Source: Styela clava
Lineage: Eukaryota
NCBI RefSeq assembly: GCF_964204865.1
Contig: NC_135257.1
Coordinates: 2,480,001-2,544,000 of the forward strand
Direction of reading: 5' to 3'
Length of the DNA: 64,000 nt
Below the pieces are notes generated by a model. It was given only the letters and a program-made list of their open reading frames with translations, had not been told where the DNA came from and made no database searches. Every line of letters starts with the position of its first letter. Positions within the stretch are counted from its first letter, which is position 1. Shown piece after piece: positions 24,996 to 36,307 of the stretch. The position numbers and the translations under genes are program-made.

Positions 24996-25544
24996 AATCG
25001 TGAAGGATACTACGTTACATTATCACGACGTGTGCGTGATTTTTTTGAATAAATTCTCGCTGATTTACGTTTTATGTACCCTTCCATTCAAGTATGGTTC
25101 TAGGAGAGAAAGTATACAATTTGATCAATTAGCTAATGGCAGGCATCATTAGACGGTGTATTTGAAATTGAGAAAATAATGTCACTGTGTTCATTCGGGC
25201 CTCGTAGGTCATCGAAGATTCATAATGCAATTTCGGATGTGGACACAAAATTCAGACCCGGCAAAAAAACATTGAATGATGATTCCGCATAATAGTATAT
25301 AGAAACTACAATATATATAACATATTGAGTATATATAAATGATACTGTTAATTTGGAAAATCTTTCAATTTCCGTTATACAAATGGCGCAATCTTATCTA
25401 TTTTACACTGGATGGCGTCGAATACTGTATTAAACTCTTTATATACAAATGGAAATTTTTATTTTGCCTAAATTTAAAGAAACGGTATGACGAGCTTAGT
25501 TTAAGAGAATAATATCAGTTTGTTTTAATATTTGTTAATAGTTT

Positions 25545-26408
25545 GTTTTCTTAAACTGGGTTCATAAACCCATAGGGTTCGGTAGAGCTGTTCCAGGGGG
25601 TTCGGCAAATGTCATTTAAACAGTTCTATATCATTGAACTTTTCTGTTACCCAGCAGCGTATTAGTTACGAAAAATAAACTATAGTTTCTGAATGATATC
25701 CAATTTTACACGTCGAAACAACTCATAAAATAATTTAGCTGTGTTTAACTTCGCTCAGATATATAAGTTTTAGTAAACCTATAAATGACTGTGGAAACTC
25801 ATCTCGCCACGAATGTCGTATACGTTCGAGTGTACTTTTATATGATAACTCTTTCAAATGCTTTTCTATCATGGGTACGAAATATCTTTGGTTGTTATGA
25901 CAAACTTGAGCTAAATATTTGCGTGAACGACGGGATGTTTGAAGTCAGGTGTTTATTGGCGGCTAGAATATTTCACCAAAACTATTGCATAAAATTATCA
26001 TCATCTCAGTCATTTGTTACCGCTATATTTCTGTAAAGCAATGGACTAACCCTTTTATCCGCTTTTTATTGCAGTTTGAAGGTTGAGAAACGAATGAGTT
26101 GAGACATTCTATTATTTTTTGGATCTCGAATACTGCAATTTTTGTTATAGGCCAATCAGTTTTTCGCCTTTTCCCCGTATAAGTTATCTAAGTAAAAACA
26201 TCTGATTTCTGTTTTCCCTGCTGTCAACACTATTGTGACACAACAACGGCTCTCTATATCTCTTCATATTCCATAAACTTGCACAAAATCAACTCCCCTT
26301 AGTTCAGATTGCGATCTTAGTTTCAATCGTTCAATTTGTTGGGGTTCGATGTGAGCTTGCAGAATAGCATGGGGGTTTGACAGGCTCGCAAAGGTAAATA
26401 ACCACTAG
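25545..26408. mobile_element. Probable non-autonomous hAT element (boundaries approximate)
   Basis: Degenerate ends GTTTTCTTAAACTGGGTTC.. / ..AAAGGTAAATAACCACTAG, with subterminal GGGGTTCG repeats at both ends. TSD not resolved. Confidence 0.45.
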
Positions 26409-27264
26409 TTTACCCAATTAGACTTTTTAACCGCACACGTTGAAACCGTGATCTCATCAGTTTACATCAGAAATGAGTTTCTGCTAATTCTTTTAGTAGT
26501 TACAAACGTTATGCGCAAACATTATGGGAACAAATAACAAACAAATAACATGTAGAAAACTTCATCATAGTAATTTAATTAATACATCTATTTGACATGT
26601 GTTACAAGTCATTTCTCATATACATTTCAAGTGTAACATTTGTAATGATAGTTTGCACTAGGGTGCTAGACTAAATTAATCTGATTAGCTGATAGATTAC
26701 GGCCTAGTGTATGCTGTGTTCATCCACTATAAAGGCTAAATCTGTATGTGTTTCTATACGCACATGATATGAAGAGGCCACCACCTCATTGATACATCAA
26801 CGTCATAGAGTACTTGAATATAAAATCCGTTGACAGTGTATGTACACAACTTGAATGGCTGTATATATAAATATATAAAGTTGGTTGTATAGATAGTGCA
26901 TATGACATTTGCTGGGTATGTACAACACTTAATGACGGTATTGATTTGTTGGCTGTGTATGCATATGACATTATAATACATTAGCTATACATGTATATCT
27001 GATTGGCTATATAACCTATACGTTGACTATATATTTTGGCGGTACATGTATATCACTTTCTCAACCTCACTCATTAATTTTGATCGTTTTGTTAGATATT
27101 AGCCAATATTCAAAAATTGAATTTATCTGCTTTGCTTGCTATGTGAAGTCCACATTCCACAACAATCATCACCTTAGGCAATATTTGTTGTATCAGCTTA
27201 ACTGATTGTTGAGTCAAATACACTGCAATCGATTTATACTCTTCGTTAGCTTTTGGTGCAAAGA

Positions 27265-30200
27265 ATGGGCTTTTTCATAGGTTATATTCTGACGCTGTTC
27301 CTATTGGTGGGAACAGTATTTACACGTCTTTGTCCCAGACTGAAATATGAAACTGTTGATTGGGATAAGGTAAGAGTTTATATTTATAACCTATATAGAC
27401 GTTGTTTAACTTATTTACTTCTTGAATAAAATTTTCAGTAATAACCTACACCCCATTTTATCATAACTTCATAACTATATCGAAATGAGCTATACCAACC
27501 ACTACATAAAACTTGTCAGAACCATTATGCAATTCAATTATGATTGAACGCTTAACTTTTATTTCAGTTTCATTTTCCTAACTTAAGTTTGTTTCACCGA
27601 AAAAATTTCGCAGCGCGAAAAGTAGCAAAAAATCTTGAAAACAAAATTATGTGCTCAGGCTTATAGTCGGCATTGTGACAAATGTGTGATACGCGATGTA
27701 CACAACTGTGTTCGACTGAAAAGAAAACGATGCATGTAGTCAAAAAATATAAAAATTACCCTTTCATCGCATTTCAATTATTAAAAACGATTTTTGTATG
27801 AATAGCCTCGTTGATCGAAAATGCCGTCTAAAATCAACACAGTGATTCAAGCACATTCAAATACAATATATATGTGCTATTTTATGTAGTAAAGGTTGAA
27901 TACTTAACAACAGACTAGTAGTACTCTTAAACTGGGTGTCTAAATATAAAAATCTCCTGTGTATTACCGAGAGCCGTATATTATTTGCATGACATGGGTC
28001 AAGTCGGAGGCGGTTGGAGACTGGAGCTCTGTGCTCAGTTCACAAATACCCTGTCATCGTGTTCTTCAATATTAATATTCAATGAGGGGTTCACATAATC
28101 GACATCTTTTATGAAGAGCTTGGAATGATATGATTTATGTACCCATTTCTCTGGTGTTTCACTTCACCGCTGGTGGGTCACGCTACGTGCGTGAACCATA
28201 TTTGCATATTGAAACTTTTTCGTACCCAACTCATGCTGATAAACCTATAAGAAGTGATGATTTGCAATACTACTGTACTATCTTTTCTTCTGTATAAATT
28301 TCTGTCCTAATGCAATCATCTTTTTGAACATAATATTTCATAGCAAACATAAATTAAGGCGTCGTGAAAGACACACGATCTATAACTTTTATTGGCTATG
28401 TTTGATGGATTGTTTTTGTAATAAACAAATTCATGATCGGTTTACTGTATAATATTTTAGTTGAGCAAGATGGAAGCAACATGGTATGATGTGATTGAAA
28501 ATCCGTTGACGCCAAAAATAATAGATTGCTGGGATGTTCACAGCTTTGTTTCTTACGGAAATGATTTTGAAATGAAAATACGTCAACACGTTCATGGGCA
28601 AGTTTTATTTGTTGTTGATGACATTTAAAATTTTGTTCTCATTTTTGAAAGTTGAGGAAATAATCAGTTGTAAAATTTATACAATTGCCTCCATAAATAG
28701 CTTCCAATGCCGACTTAAAACTAACACGTAACTAACGGGGTTCTCAATCAATTTGTTAAACTTTGTAATTCAAGAAATTTTCGAACACATGTCAGATTTT
28801 AACATTGTTGGTGCAGAACAGAAGCGATGAAAGAAAATGCAAACAACTGGCAATTATCCCAAGTGAAATTCTTATTGTCGAGTTTGTAGTCGATATTGGC
28901 CGTGGCTTATACAGCCTAATTCAACGCGATGACGCATATAATCGCAGCTTATTTTTGAATCGTTGTTTGTGCAGAGCCTGGATCTTGGTAAATTTAAATT
29001 TGGGGATAATTTATTTAAATATACCAGGTCTAGTTCAGAATGAATGTTTGAATAAACCCCTTATCGACTTTAGAGGCTGGTAGTAGTTATCGAACTTTTT
29101 TTGCTCGCGGCGCACTAAGCTAACGAAAATAATTTTGCGGCACACTTGTAAAAAATAATTTAGCTTTAAACAAATTTATTTAGCGAATGTTAATGTGTTG
29201 TGTGTGCCTGCATTGAGAAACAACTGAAACGAGGTTCCGTCTCTTTTTTTGGTTTCAATTTTAGTCAGAGCAGAAAATCCGTGTTCACAGAGCCATGGGA
29301 ATGCAAATGACTAAATTGTTTTGATGGCTTTTGCAACGATGATTGAATAAAATTTGTAAGCAAATAGTCAAATCTCGTCCTAACTTGGTTTTCTGTTTGG
29401 CCTAACTAACCGCGCAAGTCAATGTGGTGAAAGGTGGACATCTGTTTACAAATACATTATAACATTTTGATACAATTATAATGTAACAATCACCCTTACT
29501 ACAACGACAAGGCAAATGCTATAATATTATCAGTCTAATAATAAATAATGCGTACTCCAAGTCTCACAAGATTGCCCGTTGCATGCATGTGTACTACGAA
29601 TAGCTTATTTTTAAATTCCAAAAAGCTCCGTACAGTTTGAGCAACGCTGGGCTATAGCTTGCAGGCTATTGCGAGTGTAGCCACTGTAGATAGCAGACAC
29701 ATCATCGTATGGAGGATTCCTTTTCTTTTATCGTTCATATTTTCAATTGCAATATCATGATTTTATACGCACTTCAGCTGCACTAATTTCTCAGTTGTAC
29801 TTTCCAGCCGAAACATGGACGATGCATTAAATGCTCGTATTCACTTCATAGCAAATGAAGACGGAACGTATTCACCTAACCAAACACAAAGTAAGTTAAG
29901 ATTTGTCATTGCATCACCTTTTCTTATAAGCTAGGGCACTAGGCTGAATTATGATCTGGTAGTAATTTAAAAATGTGTTTTTCACGAAAACTGCTATGTT
30001 TCAGCAGAATAGCCAAGGCATGACATGCAGTAGGTTAGATAAATCGGCCGGGCCAAATTACACGTACGGTGAGAATCGATGCGATTTGACCTTCGCCAAT
30101 TATATCAACGACGAAGCCACGTTTGAAACAAAAATATGTAATATATCTAATGATCATTTATCTTTAAAATTATAAATCATCTTCATTTTTTCAAGCTTGA

Positions 30201-31724
30201 TGATATTCGTGAACATGTTGATATTGTACTTTCATCAAAATCAGCTTTTGCATTTCGTTTAAAAATGTTGTTGTGCTTAGTATAATTATTATAGTGAATA
30301 TATCTAGCCCCGGGCAACATAAAACAGTTTTCTGATTAACAAAGTTTCATAAACCTGATTTATCGAAAATGTTTAATTGTTACTTAAGTCTTCTACGTGT
30401 ATTTTAATTTATGGAATTTCATTTTCGTTTTTGATTACAGAAGTTGATTTTACTACAACAAGCAAGAAAGCAATTTCACATAGATTTGATAAGAAAGTTA
30501 GTGAGGTTGATGCTCGTAAGTAATTCATCATTTTGTTATATTTACAAGGTAGAGAGAACGGCGCTCCGGAAGTATTTGTACCAAGATGACGCACAACTTC
30601 AACAACCTTAACCTGTTACACATTCTATGTTCAGGTTGTGAGCCATATTGATACGAATACTTTGGGAGCACCGAAAGAACATGCATAAAAATTATCCTTT
30701 CAATGCAATTCTAATAAAAAATAAAACACAAATTGCAAAAATGTTTCTAGTCTCATTGTGGCCATTATCGTCTCTTTTATCATATGACATTTTGATTCTA
30801 TGGTACTAAATATTTTTAAAATATCGCCTCCGAAGAAAAAATTATTGCCTTGAAACTTTTGAATTAAAATTTTGTAGTGATGTACATATATCACAAAATT
30901 TCTGTTTTGTGTATTTCAACTCAATGACACGTGACCTGCCGGACAAAAATGAAATAAAGTGGTATTACACGGTGACAACATAGTTTTATTTTATATCCAG
31001 TTGCGGACTTCATATTTGCGGGAAAGTTTTTCTTCATTACGGACTACAAAAATTATTTCATCGTTGCATCGTGCGATGCTGAAAGAGGTAATAATACGAG
31101 TATACCTAGTTGAGATGAACGAAAACACGTTTGCCTAATGTACTAGGAAATCGTAATGAGTTTAATTTTGATGAACTATATCGAACGAAAGGCAATAATC
31201 ACAAATTAGCCCTTTTACACGATTTCCAAGTTGCCATTCGGCGGGTACCACTGAGAGTACCACCAAAAACAGTTTGAATATTTCAGACCCGGAGCATATA
31301 GTTCATGAACATTAGCACTAGGTAGTACATATACACGTAAACGAAGATCCAAATTCACCCGTCACATCCTCCGTGGTGCTATTTAGTGAGTTATACTGCC
31401 ATGACTTATAGTTTGAAAAGAGCTTCTACTTGAATATACCAACTTTTTTGGTTTTTAAACTCCGTTCTTTTTTCAGGATTGAGTGTATTTGTAAAAAACA
31501 GAACCCTTCGACCAGATGGACAAGACATGTTAAATTTGTGGAATATGTTTATTAAATACAGAGAATTACCGCAACAAAAGGTGGTTTTGAGCGAAGCATG
31601 TATTAATCGAAAATCTGGCAGTAGAGCTTGGTCTTTACACCAATGCAGTATATTTTCGCATCCTTCAATCATTTTATTGTTATACGTTGGTCATTGCGTT
31701 ATCAGCCATATTTTATTTTGGTGA
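27265..31724 (+). CDS. ApoD/Lazarillo-like lipocalin copy B, 244 aa, with predicted GPI-anchor signal
   Basis: Exons 27265-27369, 28461-28597 (GC donor), 29808-29890, 30441-30515, 31001-31087, 31477-31724. Exons 2, 3 and 5 have the same lengths as in copy A (137, 83, 87 nt). Signal peptide, CPRLKYETVDWDK, ATWYDV, TDYKNYFIVASC (SCR2), FVKNR (SCR3-like), four core Cys in ApoD-like positions, then the tail KSGSRAWSLHQCSIFSHPSIILLLYVGHCVISHILFW. Confidence 0.85.
29081..29649 (-). mobile_element. hAT (Charlie-like) deletion derivative in lipocalin B intron 2
   Basis: Minus-strand remnant AIKTI*SFAFPWLCEHGFSALTKIETKKR..QAHTTH* resembles the hAT dimerisation-domain C-terminus. Degenerate hAT-like ends TAGTAGTTATCGAACT / AGTTTGAGCAACGCTG. 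Confidence 0.65.
30560..30672. mobile_element. Short palindromic Merlin-like MITE in lipocalin B intron 4
   Basis: GGCGCTCCGGAAGTATTTGTACCAAGATGACGCAC..GAATACTTTGGGAGCACC. Flanks GAGAGAAC / GAAAGAAC (7/8 TSD). Confidence 0.7.
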
Positions 31725-32869
31725 AGGAACGAGTCTTGTTGAAACTATAGTTTTGTTTATAATAAAACTTTTTTATTGAAAATTCTAATCATCCATGCAC
31801 TGTAAAAATAAAATTAGTTGGGAAACCTAATGGAATTAAAACAGTCGCTCTTGTAACTCTGACCCTCTGGTTCTCCCTCCAGAATGAAAAAAAAAATTGT
31901 GTTAGTATAAATGTTGGAACTTTTTCATATTATAGCCTAGAGAGATTTTAATAACCTGATTCTACGATAATTTTAAATAAATATCCAACGGTGAAGATTT
32001 AATATTTCTTAATATGACTATGCCTTTGATTTGGGCGAGGAAAAAGGATCTTTCGTTCTTTTAAATTACTCAAATTTGAGACACAATTTGCAATGGTCAG
32101 GATGCAAGTTGTGTTAGTCGTCAACAGACAGCGAATTTATATTTGAATTGAGCCACCAGAGTACGATTCCGTACGGTAACGTTATTAACAGTGTTTGAGC
32201 CTATAAATAAAGCCTGTAAAAACTGTGTGTTTTGAGAATATTGCTTTTTTCAAGAAATCAACCTATGATATGAGAAATTATATTCTAATGAGCCTCAGAA
32301 AATCAGACTGGCTAGTAATCGTAGCCGATCATTAACGCAGGCTTGGGCGCCATTACCAGTACTACATTCCGTTGATATTAAGAAGTACGATGCATAATAA
32401 ATATGCAACGATACTAAATGTAATATCAGGTCCATGAAGTTCGAATACTTTGTTGACCTTTAAGTGATAATCAAATAAAGGAATTCCCGTATTTTGATGA
32501 TCAAATTGTTAAACGCAATATATATATTAAAAGTGTTGTGGGAGCATGACTATTCTAGTATTACTGCCCAAAAGTTTTTTATATGACGTCTAAACTGCTA
32601 TCGATAGAATGATACAAAACGAAGAGTTTAAAAAATTGACTCGTTCATAATAAATAATTGTCACGTGTGAAATTTAATTTTTAATCGTATATTTACGGAA
32701 ACCAGGTTAAACTTGAGAAAATCTGTTAATTTATTTGCAACATGTTCCAAGCTTATTAACTTAAGTTATATAAATTATTGGAAAAAATAGGATTCTGGAA
32801 GAATGCTTTTGGTAGTTTTTCTTAGTCGCTGAATAGTGGATGCCTAAATTTTTAGCTGTATCTTTAAAC

Positions 32870-33954
32870 CAGGGGTTTCCCAACCTTTTTTCTGTCAAGT
32901 CATGAGTCTTTGAAATATCAAAAGACAGCCTGCTGCGAGCATTAGAGAAAGTGATTATGCTTATTAAAACTTGGGAGAGATTTTAAGAATCCATTAGTTA
33001 GGCAGACGACAAGGGCAATAATATCAACACAAAGATTTTATTTAGTTACATCTGGTCAATAAATTGTTGTTTCAACAAATCGTCAGTCAATATATATCAC
33101 AACTTTGTTCGGTATCTGATTACCGGGGGTTTGCGTTGATTGTTTCGTGACTCAGGTGGTAGATACCTGTGTGGTGTTTCTTGCGAGTTCGAACAACGAG
33201 GAAATTTTTTTTTTTTTCTGGTAGGTGTCAATGGTGGCAACTCAAATTTTCTAAATTAAAAGGCGGCAATACAAAATACTAAAAATAAAACGGAGAACAC
33301 GATAAGTTTTGTTTTATGATGGTCCGCGACCGATTAAAAACGCTTTTTTAGACATTTCAAATCGCAACATTATGGGTGCTACCGTAGTTTACGTACCAGG
33401 ACATTCTCCCTTAGAATTCTTTGCTTTACTGCCTCCACATTGGTACGTACAGTACTGTCGTGTGTGTTGTATGAAGAACAGCTCAGATTTGTCCAATTCA
33501 CAAATATACGAGTCAAAACAAAATATACCATGCCATTTACCACGCATATTTGTGCCCACGGATTGTCATGATATTTTCTGAATAGTATTACTTTTATTTC
33601 GTCACCACAACCGCAGATTAAAGATCACAATTAAATTAATAATAAAGCAAGGTGATGAATATGTATTTTCGATTTACTAATATACTTTAATCATCTTGTC
33701 GTAAGTCGTCGCAACCGCAAGTTACCATGAACACAATTAAATTAAAATAGAAAGACATTTTAAATTCTCGTCGTTGTCATGGATTGAATATTGTGCGACA
33801 GAAAAAGCCATTGTTGAAATTCATTGAAATTTTGTTGTGTTTGGTTTTATTGCTTCTTCACACAGAGTACGGTTGAAATATACGCACCTTGAGTCCGCAA
33901 AGGTTTTCGCTGGTGAAAAAATGATCCGCGACCGAAAAAGGTTGGGAAACGCTG
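32870..33954. mobile_element. Non-autonomous hAT element
   Basis: CAGGGGTTTCCCAACCTTTTT / AAAAAGGTTGGGAAACGCTG. Flanks CTTTAAAC / CGATAAAC (6/8). Confidence 0.65.
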
Positions 33955-33997
33955 CGATAAACAGTTCCACACCCCTGGTTTAGTTGGTTAGTTTAAA

Positions 33998-34732
33998 GCA
34001 GGCGTTCTCAACCTGGGGTTCGCGAACCCCCAGGGGTTCACGAGAAGATTTTCAGGGGTACTTGGACGGCAGTCGAGTTTTTGTGTGTTGCTGTTTTTTA
34101 AGAGCCTTTACCAGGGCAAAATGAGTGTCGATTGAAACTAGATGCCAATTGAAACGTAGATTTGCCCTGATGTTGCGTTGTTGTGATTGTGACGCAACAA
34201 CGTGAAAGCCACGGCTTTGTCTTTGAAATATCAAAAGACAGCCTGCTGCGAGCATTAGAGAAAGTGATTATGCTTATTAAAACTTGGGAGAGATTTTAAG
34301 AATCCATTAGTTCGGCAGACGACAAGGGCAATAATATCAACACAAAGATTTTATTTAGTTACATCTGGTCAGACTCATGTGTGCAGACTCATGTTTTCGT
34401 CGGAAATCTGCAAGTGAGTTGTGAAATCCCATCGTTTCATTGAGGGACGCGCAAGTGGCCTGTCGCGTCACCTGTTACCAAATTTTCGAACAGTAAATTG
34501 CTATTCTGATAGTTGAAAATACGAAAATATGCCCAGCTCTACTCAATAACCAGTAATTGCTGACTCGATTAATGTTATGTGAATAAACTTGCTTTTTATG
34601 TTTCATGTAAATTTTAACGTAAATCGTAACTGGGCTGATAGTTAAGTTTCGCAAAAACGTTTGCGGCTCGCAGTGAATTTTTGGCTCGTTGCGGACTCAT
34701 TTAAGATCGCGGACTTGGGTTGGGAAACACTG
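33998..34732. mobile_element. Probable non-autonomous or composite hAT element
   Basis: Starts CAGGCGTTCTCAACCTGGGGTTCGCGAACCCC and ends GGGTTGGGAAACACTG. Shares a 153-bp block with the preceding element. TSD not convincing. Confidence 0.5.
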
Positions 34733-35372
34733 GTTCATCGCAATGGGTCAAAACGTAAAATTATACTGAATATAAGGGCCGGACCATCGAACAACTCATT
34801 GCCCATACTCATAGCATAACGTCGACAGCGTCATTACAAATAAAAAAAAAAGTATTCGAAAATATTGGGATATCAAGTATCTTACGAGTCATGGGAATAG
34901 GTTCCGCGGGCCGTAAAGAGGCGCGCAGGCCGTATGTTGCACCTCTCTGAACTAAACTGATTCAACATATTATGTTTGATGGATTAAAAAAATACGATTC
35001 TGCTAACGTTAATATATATTGATATAAATATTTAGCTACTTGTTCTTTCTTGAATAAATACTTTATATATCTCCTCATTGTTATTATTCCAGTAATACAT
35101 GCTCACTTCATTCCTCATCTGTTATTTAATACTTTTCATTGCATAGCCATAGAACTATAGTGAGTTGCGCCTTCGTTTATTTCTGCCACATTTATCGCCG
35201 TGGAAATTTAATACGCATAAAATATGGTAATGCTTTCGTGCATTGAAGTTCTTGTTTAGATTTATAGCAAAGCTGGGCCATATCCTATGAGACCGTGATT
35301 TTTTCTAATTTTGTATAGCAAGGGATTTACGGATAATATTCTGAAAAGAACCTAGAAGACAAAAATCAATAG

Positions 35373-35843
35373 TATAACGGCTCAGCACCATACGATGGCG
35401 ATGTGCTCGTTAGGGTGATTGGAATAAATAGATCGTACAGGCACTTTATTTTTGATGACGCGGTTCTGTCTGAGTTCCTTTCAAAGTTCGAAACGATTGT
35501 TCAAAGATGTTTATTGTTGAGTCAAAATAGTAGTCAAATAATGATGAAATAGTTGTCAAACAGTAATCCGGTAAAATACAGTGCTATTACACAGGAGGGA
35601 CCAATAATAACTATATGAAACAGGAAAATAGAATTATATGATGTAAATTTAAACTACGCCTAATTAATAATACCAAAAGCCCCCCGATTGATTAAGATAC
35701 AAATTTATACGTCCTACCTCCAAGCGGCTCACGCCGAAAGAGATCCCGCCAACACCAAAATGGTCAGGGTTCAATGCCCTAAGTTACCGTTGCCAGTTTA
35801 GTCACAATAATAGCGGTCACCGTTTAGAATCATGACCGCTACA
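35373..35843 (-). repeat. 3' LTR of the BEL/Pao element
   Basis: 471 bp; minus strand reads TGTAGCGGTC...GAGCCGTTATA. Confidence 0.95.
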
Positions 35844-36307
35844 TGGCTCCCCAAATCAGTTCCTCTCGTATGGAAGTACAAGGGGGACTGATTTCTACTT
35901 AATAAAAACAAACAAGAACCAACAGTGAAAACCAAAGTGAAGCTTCGCCGCCGGTGCACCATTAAGCATTTCAAATTGAATACCGTCGAACATAACGATT
36001 GGCTCCACCGTCGGGGAAGCCCACAAACAAGTACTAACAAGCGAAAATGAAAAAAACACTTTATAAGGTTATAAAGGTTACAAAACGATTGGCTCCTCCG
36101 TCGGGGAAACCCAAATACAAGAAAAACAAAAAGCACTTTATAAAATTACAAGGGTATCAAATTGTGAGAAAAGTTGTAAACTCGTCAATTACGTTCAATA
36201 GAAACACACAAAACATATGCAAATAGCAAAACATCAAAAAATTAATCAACTACTAACACAGTAAATGAGTAAAATCAAATTACTAACACAATAAAGGTGT
36301 AATGCAA

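Noticed and set aside
35798-36136. env-like extra ORF (112 aa) in the BEL 3' region
   Set aside because: Short, built from a local ~90-bp duplication, runs into the LTR, and has no convincing envelope features.
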